Position numbers and translations under genes: made by a program. DNA of 20,000 nucleotides, from IMG/VR virus record IMGVR_UViG_3300020463_002162, one strand, 5' to 3'. Positions within the stretch are counted from its first letter, which is position 1. Each line of letters begins with the position of its first letter. This DNA comes from an uncultured virus (IMG/VR IMGVR_UViG_3300020463_002162). Taxonomy: Duplodnaviria > Heunggongvirae > Uroviricota > Caudoviricetes. Shown here piece by piece: positions 15,133 to 20,000 of the stretch. A model generated the notes under the pieces. The model ran no database searches and was not told the origin of the DNA. It saw only the letters and a list, made by a program, of their open reading frames with translations.

Positions 15133-16533
15133 ATGAAGTATATAAAATCATTAGACGAGAAGAAGCCAAAAGGCGCCCCTGATTTTCATCATTCAGATGC
15201 TCCAGATGCCGAAGGTAGATTCAGAGACCTGGGTATCAAAGCACTTGCAGCATGGTTAATTAAAACCAGAAAGAAAGATGTAAAGAAGATTAGTGGTTCC
15301 TTAACTCAACAAGTTGTATTCAATAGAAACGACGACCCTGAGTATGCAGAGAAAATGGAGAAGGTTAGAAAAGAAGTCTACAAACAATTAGGTAGAAAAG
15401 ACCTCCTAGATAAAATGGATGAGTCTATAGATATGTATTATTTAGACAATGCTAAAGATCTTCTTGAACCTAAAAAGGTTTACAAGCATTTAGACGTTGA
15501 GTATGGTGAAACTAGAAGAGGTGACAAGTATGTTCAGATTCACTATATCCCTGTATCAAGACCTCAGAGTCAAAATCCTGAATGGGTTAAAGTATTCTAT
15601 GATAATGATAGAGACCTAAAGAAAATAGGTAAAGAACTTGGTATGGAGCTTAAAGAATCTGTATTAAACGAAGAAGACTCTTATGATGATTATCCAGCTG
15701 CTGCAAAGAAGAATGCACAGATGGCTATTGATTGGAAAGAGAAGTATGGTAGAGATGAAGTACCTGCTGGAACTCCAGTTGGTTGGGCAAGAGCTCATCA
15801 ACTAGCTAAAGGTGAAAAGATCTCAGCAGATACTGTAAAGAGAATGTCTGCATTTAATAGACATAGAAAGAATTCATCAATTGCACCAGAACATAAAGAT
15901 ACTCCATGGAAAGATAGAGGCTATGTAGCTTGGTTAATCTGGGGTGGAGACGCAGGTGTTGATTGGGCAATGAATAAATCAAAAGAAATTGATGCTATGA
16001 AAGAAGCAAAAGAGCTTAAACATATTAAACCTTTAAATGAAGGTTACTGGAGCCACTATGAATACGAGAAGTGGACTAAAGAGAATGGTAAGCCTAAATA
16101 TCCAAAATGGGTAAAGACTACTCTAAAGGAAATTGTTAAGGGTGGTTTCATGGAATCACACTATGATGCAGAACACAACTATATGGTTTTATGGTTAGGT
16201 TCATTAGAGGCCAAAAGAAGATCCGAACTATATGCTTACGACAAGAAAGGTAAGAAAGAGTTCGGTAAAGTAGGCTACGCGATGTACCAAAGATTCTACA
16301 ACGACTTAACAGGCTACAATATGTTTTTTATGATGGGAGCAATGTTTGCACTTGAAGTTTCTAAACAGATTCAAGATAGAATAGCTAATGGAGAGCCTGT
16401 AGAACCAGCATACTATATGATGAAAGAATACTTTAATAATTTTGGTATGGACACTAAGAGAAGTAGAATTTTCAATGCCGCTTACGAGAAACTAGAGAAG
16501 TGGATGAAAGACAACCAAATTAAGACACTATAA
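15133..16533 (+). CDS. multi-module probable virion/head-associated protein
   Basis: MKYIKSLDE leader; internal GTPVGWARAHQLA...GYVAWLIWGGDAG domain; GATAAATAG at 15121. Confidence 0.7.
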   Translation: MKYIKSLDEKKPKGAPDFHHSDAPDAEGRFRDLGIKALAAWLIKTRKKDVKKISGSLTQQVVFNRNDDPEYAEKMEKVRKEVYKQLGRKDLLDKMDESIDMYYLDNAKDLLEPKKVYKHLDVEYGETRRGDKYVQIHYIPVSRPQSQNPEWVKVFYDNDRDLKKIGKELGMELKESVLNEEDSYDDYPAAAKKNAQMAIDWKEKYGRDEVPAGTPVGWARAHQLAKGEKISADTVKRMSAFNRHRKNSSIAPEHKDTPWKDRGYVAWLIWGGDAGVDWAMNKSKEIDAMKEAKELKHIKPLNEGYWSHYEYEKWTKENGKPKYPKWVKTTLKEIVKGGFMESHYDAEHNYMVLWLGSLEAKRRSELYAYDKKGKKEFGKVGYAMYQRFYNDLTGYNMFFMMGAMFALEVSKQIQDRIANGEPVEPAYYMMKEYFNNFGMDTKRSRIFNAAYEKLEKWMKDNQIKTL

Positions 16534-16550
16534 AATAGAACAAATTAAAC

Positions 16551-18338
16551 ATGGGACAGATTCAAAAAACAGTAACAGTATTACCACAGGGTGACCAATA
16601 TCAGTGGGAAGATCTAAACGGTGCAGTAGGCAACTGGTTATCTCTAACTCAAAATGGTAGTACAGATACTTGGACATTTGCTACAACAGGTGTAAATAAT
16701 ACAGGTTCTGATAGAACAGCTACTTTTAGACTGTTACATTCTACTTTCACAGAATTCCCTGGAGATCCTGGTTTGAAAGATGAGTTTACAATTACTCAAT
16801 TGAGCTCTCAGCAATCTCTAGCAGCATTTACTTATGCTGATTGGACCGGCTCATTGACTGGTGTCGATGCAGCAGGTAATGTAAATATTGTTAATGGCAA
16901 CTCTTCTACAGTAACTTCAGTCCCTGCTAGTTTTGATGCAAACGATGATGATGGAACCAACCAGGTAAGTTTGATATTATACGTTACAGTTCCCGCTGGT
17001 TATTCTAATACAGGAGGCACAGTTGATAGTGGTACTCTCACAGTGACGCAACCTACTAGTTATGTTGCACCAAGTACAATAACAGGGTCGATGAATATAA
17101 ACTATGGTGGTAGTGGAACGGATGTATGTACAGGTGCAGGAACTTCTGTTACCGGTGTTGCAATAAACATAACTGGAATTCCTAATCCTAGTAATGCAGA
17201 ATGGCAACAAGCTGCACGTGTACAAGCTGCAGACCACTTGAATTCACTTAATGTTCCTGCTAACCAATTCTATAAAGTAACAGCTATATCTGACCATAAT
17301 AATGGTACAATCCCTACTTTAAATCAATTTGTTGAATATGAAGGTGGTGGAATAATAGGAGATCAAGAGCCATGTCCAAACCCACAATATACAGTTAACA
17401 TTACAGCAAACAGTACTATAGCTAACGCATCAATCTATAATGTTGCATCTGGAGGTGTACCTAACAATGTTATTACACAAGTAGGAGAGTCTGGTACTAC
17501 TATTACTGATGCATTCTATGTTGAAGCAAACTCTGGCTATAACATTAGTCCTAGCCAAGTTAGTATATCTTCATGGGGCGGTGGAGGCTCTAATACTTAT
17601 GTTAACCCTAACGTAAACGCAGCAGGTAGGGTTGTTGTTGGATGGAACGACACTCTAGATCCAAACAATCTTAATTTTGCTATAGGAATAGCGGGTAGTG
17701 TAAGTCAATTAACATATACAGTAGATGTTGTAGAAACAAATAGTTCTAGTACAATATGTAGTGAAACTGTAAGTAATAATCAATTCTCCTACCCACAAGG
17801 TGAAGGTGGAGTAAACTTCCAGAACTACTTCTTAAATAACTACGGGGTAACTGGTAGTACAGGCTCGATAAAAATAATTAGCTCTAACGAACCTAACTTC
17901 TCTTGGGCAGGTTGGGCAATTACAATGAATAGTTCAAACGAGCCTCTAAACGGAGGTTGGTTTAACTGTAACTCTGGTGGTGGATCCGCTTCAGTAGCAA
18001 TATCCGGATCAGAGTGGGTTTACACAGTGAGTGGACCGGAAGATTATCTAGCAACTCCTGCTAATATATTCGGTTCTGGTGGAAATGGAAACCCTTCATT
18101 CTCATGGCAACTGACTGGTATTAACGCTAATAAGTTCGCATTAACTAACCCGAGTTCACAAACATGTACCGTACAGTATATCGGGACTGGTGATTGTAGT
18201 GGAGGTGGACATTCGTGTCTTATCAGCGTTACAGCAACAGGTTTTGATGCAAACGGACAATCAATATCACCAGTATCAAATACAGACACAATAAACGGAT
18301 GTGATGACTCCAGTGAGGGTGGATCTTCCGGCGGATAA
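16551..18338 (+). CDS. beta-rich adhesin/virion fibre-like protein with N-terminal BACON-like domain
   Basis: G/S/T/N-rich; NWLSL...NNTGSDRTATF...FTITQ; Ig-like repeats with Cys pairs. Confidence 0.65.
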   Translation: MGQIQKTVTVLPQGDQYQWEDLNGAVGNWLSLTQNGSTDTWTFATTGVNNTGSDRTATFRLLHSTFTEFPGDPGLKDEFTITQLSSQQSLAAFTYADWTGSLTGVDAAGNVNIVNGNSSTVTSVPASFDANDDDGTNQVSLILYVTVPAGYSNTGGTVDSGTLTVTQPTSYVAPSTITGSMNINYGGSGTDVCTGAGTSVTGVAINITGIPNPSNAEWQQAARVQAADHLNSLNVPANQFYKVTAISDHNNGTIPTLNQFVEYEGGGIIGDQEPCPNPQYTVNITANSTIANASIYNVASGGVPNNVITQVGESGTTITDAFYVEANSGYNISPSQVSISSWGGGGSNTYVNPNVNAAGRVVVGWNDTLDPNNLNFAIGIAGSVSQLTYTVDVVETNSSSTICSETVSNNQFSYPQGEGGVNFQNYFLNNYGVTGSTGSIKIISSNEPNFSWAGWAITMNSSNEPLNGGWFNCNSGGGSASVAISGSEWVYTVSGPEDYLATPANIFGSGGNGNPSFSWQLTGINANKFALTNPSSQTCTVQYIGTGDCSGGGHSCLISVTATGFDANGQSISPVSNTDTINGCDDSSEGGSSGG

Positions 18339-18356
18339 AAATTAAAAGAATAAAAG

Positions 18357-18956
18357 ATGTATATATTAAACATAGGCCCAAACGTTTCTACTCAAGACTA
18401 TACAGATTTTAGTAGGTGTACTCCTGTTAAAGTTAAGGCATGGTGGGAAGCAGTAAAGCAAAACATACCAAACTATAATAACTATAATTGGCACATTGTA
18501 GGTGGAATGGCTAATGGATCTCAGGATTCACTAGATGCTGATATAGTATTAACACCATTATCTGGTGAGGTATATGATTCTAGTGAATTACCTTTACTAC
18601 AGTCTATATTAGTAAGCGCACAGCAATTAGCATTAGATAATAAATTCTTCGTTGATCTTAAAGCAGCACCATATCATTGGGATAGCCCTTTAGGTTTTAC
18701 TAGAAGCTTTTTTTTAATTACTTGTTGGGATAAAATGACTGTCACTATTGATGATGAAACGGCAGTTAAATCAAGTATCTATAGAAGACGTAATGCCACT
18801 TCTATAGAAAAACTAGGTGAACTAGATCTATGGAAAGTTTCATGGAATAGGGAAAGTTATATAGGTGAGCTTTTCTTTCCGTATGGTTCAACTGAAAAGG
18901 CGGAAACTTATACAGCAGGTTATGTTCCTGTTGAAGACTGGTGTAACGCACAATAA
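18357..18956 (+). CDS. Pol-beta superfamily nucleotidyltransferase-like protein
   Basis: hGG-x9-DhDh motif (IVGGMANGSQDSLDADIVL) and candidate third Asp (FFVDL). Confidence 0.55.
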   Translation: MYILNIGPNVSTQDYTDFSRCTPVKVKAWWEAVKQNIPNYNNYNWHIVGGMANGSQDSLDADIVLTPLSGEVYDSSELPLLQSILVSAQQLALDNKFFVDLKAAPYHWDSPLGFTRSFFLITCWDKMTVTIDDETAVKSSIYRRRNATSIEKLGELDLWKVSWNRESYIGELFFPYGSTEKAETYTAGYVPVEDWCNAQ

Positions 18957-18993
18957 TTAAACCGAATATATAATAAAAACAGACCGAAATTAG

Positions 18994-20000
18994 ATGGCAG
19001 TAACTCATAAAAAGACAGTAAATTTCTCAGGAGTAGCAGGAGCAGGTCAAGCAAACTATGACTGGCAAGATCCAAGCACTAACTGGATAACATGGCCACC
19101 AACTCAGGTTGGTAGTACCAATGAGTGGGAATTTGTTGTCGCATCAAATAGTGGAGCTCAAAGACAGGCTACAATCGAAGTAAGACATTGGGATTATGTT
19201 AATGATAATTCATTAACAGATTCTTTTACTATTACACAGGAGGCAGCTCCGTCGGTGCCAACTTATACTAGTTTATCAGGGGCACCAGATCCAGCTAATG
19301 AAGGTCAAGTAGTAACATTTACAGTACAAGGTACAGATTTATCAGCTGGTACAGTACCATATACATTAAGTGGTAATGGTATAGATGCTAATGATATTAA
19401 CGGTGGTGTATTATCTGGTAATATCACGATGGCAAATACTACTGGTAATAACTGGGAAGGTACTCTAACAGTAACTCTAACGAATGACCAAACAACAGAA
19501 GGTACTGAGAATTTAATTTGCTCATTAGGTGCAAATGACTCTAATGGTGTTGCAACTGGTGGTTTTACAACTAATGTACAGGTCAACGATACTAGTACTC
19601 AACCTAGTACAGTTAACGTTAACTTACAGTGGTTTGAGAGTACAGCGACATTAGCTAGCTGGCAAGTATCAGGTTCTTCTGTTTTATCTGGTGCAGCTAC
19701 CAATGTCACAGCAAATGCTGTTGGTGTAACGTTTGATGCAGCTCCAGGTGAAGTAATGCAGTTTACAATTACTGGTAGTACTAATGGAACTGACTTTACA
19801 TCAATTGGTGGCAATGACATAATTACAATTTCATCTCAATCTGCTGGTGGTAGTTTAGTTTCTAATCTAGAAACCTTAATAGACCCAGATTCAATTTCAT
19901 TCGTTTATCAATATACAGTTCCTGCAGCTAATACAACTGTAGGTGCAACATTTGCAGCTGAGACTATAGTTGATTCTGGTAATGGTAATAATCAAATATG
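18994..20000 (+). CDS. adhesin-like protein, BACON-like plus Calx-beta-like domains (runs off the window; not in ORF track)
   Basis: MAVTHKKTV...NWITW...SNSGAQRQATI...FTITQ then NEGQVVTFTV...DQTTEGTENL...VNDTS; open to the window end; AATATATAA at 18965. Confidence 0.75.
   Translation, partial: MAVTHKKTVNFSGVAGAGQANYDWQDPSTNWITWPPTQVGSTNEWEFVVASNSGAQRQATIEVRHWDYVNDNSLTDSFTITQEAAPSVPTYTSLSGAPDPANEGQVVTFTVQGTDLSAGTVPYTLSGNGIDANDINGGVLSGNITMANTTGNNWEGTLTVTLTNDQTTEGTENLICSLGANDSNGVATGGFTTNVQVNDTSTQPSTVNVNLQWFESTATLASWQVSGSSVLSGAATNVTANAVGVTFDAAPGEVMQFTITGSTNGTDFTSIGGNDIITISSQSAGGSLVSNLETLIDPDSISFVYQYTVPAANTTVGATFAAETIVDSGNGNNQI

Noticed and set aside
435..19820. Alternative-frame and minus-strand ORFs in the track (e.g. 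435, 1247, 1456, 2014, 2521, 3233, 3564, 4345, 5393, 6567, 7293, 8208, 9212, 9337, 10932, 11318, 12461, 16977, 18044, 18802, 19305, 19599)
   Set aside because: They overlap better-supported plus-strand genes and have no recognisable motifs; shadow ORFs
1..20000. Stop-codon reassignment as seen in some Bacteroidota phages
   Set aside because: Recognisable genes are full length in the standard code, and TAA, TGA and TAG all appear to act as stops
1..20000. Bacterial chromosome or eukaryotic giant virus origin
   Set aside because: Housekeeping-like genes are scattered among many tiny unknown ORFs in phage-like overlapping operons; bacterial terminators and bS21 argue against an NCLDV; no capsid or terminase gene is in the window, so the phage call remains an inference
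16551..20000. Diversity-generating retroelement acting on the adhesins
   Set aside because: No reverse transcriptase and no template/variable repeat pair differing at adenines seen

Overview
AT-rich, gene-dense, almost entirely plus-strand segment of what is most likely a large (jumbo-type) tailed dsDNA phage genome with a Bacteroidota (Flavobacteriia-like) host. The host call is inferred from a Bacteroidota-type ribosomal protein bS21, A-rich leaders mostly without Shine-Dalgarno sites, TAnnTTTG-like promoters and BACON-like domains. Positions 1-5.7 kb form a proteostasis/translation cluster: DnaQ-like exonuclease, Hsp20, DnaJ, bS21, PhoH, three small proteins with a UVR-like 'E-(E/D)-YEKC' tail, and a candidate small RNA. 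Positions 5.7-13.7 kb hold nucleic-acid and accessory enzymes (GNAT, RNase HII, NT5C, Rmt2/GAMT-like methyltransferase, PNKP-type phosphatase, SWIM protein, PvuII-like endonuclease, UDG-like protein, UvsE). A ~60-bp promoter-like repeat occurs four times (once near 1.5 kb, three times at 7.5-9.9 kb). Positions 13.7-20 kb hold probable late/virion genes: multi-module proteins with an 'MKY...E' N-terminal motif, two BACON-like adhesins and a minimal nucleotidyltransferase. A second motif, (G/A)ATATATAA, marks putative late promoters. Several short genes missing from the ORF track were found by hand. All family assignments come from motif recognition, not database searches.
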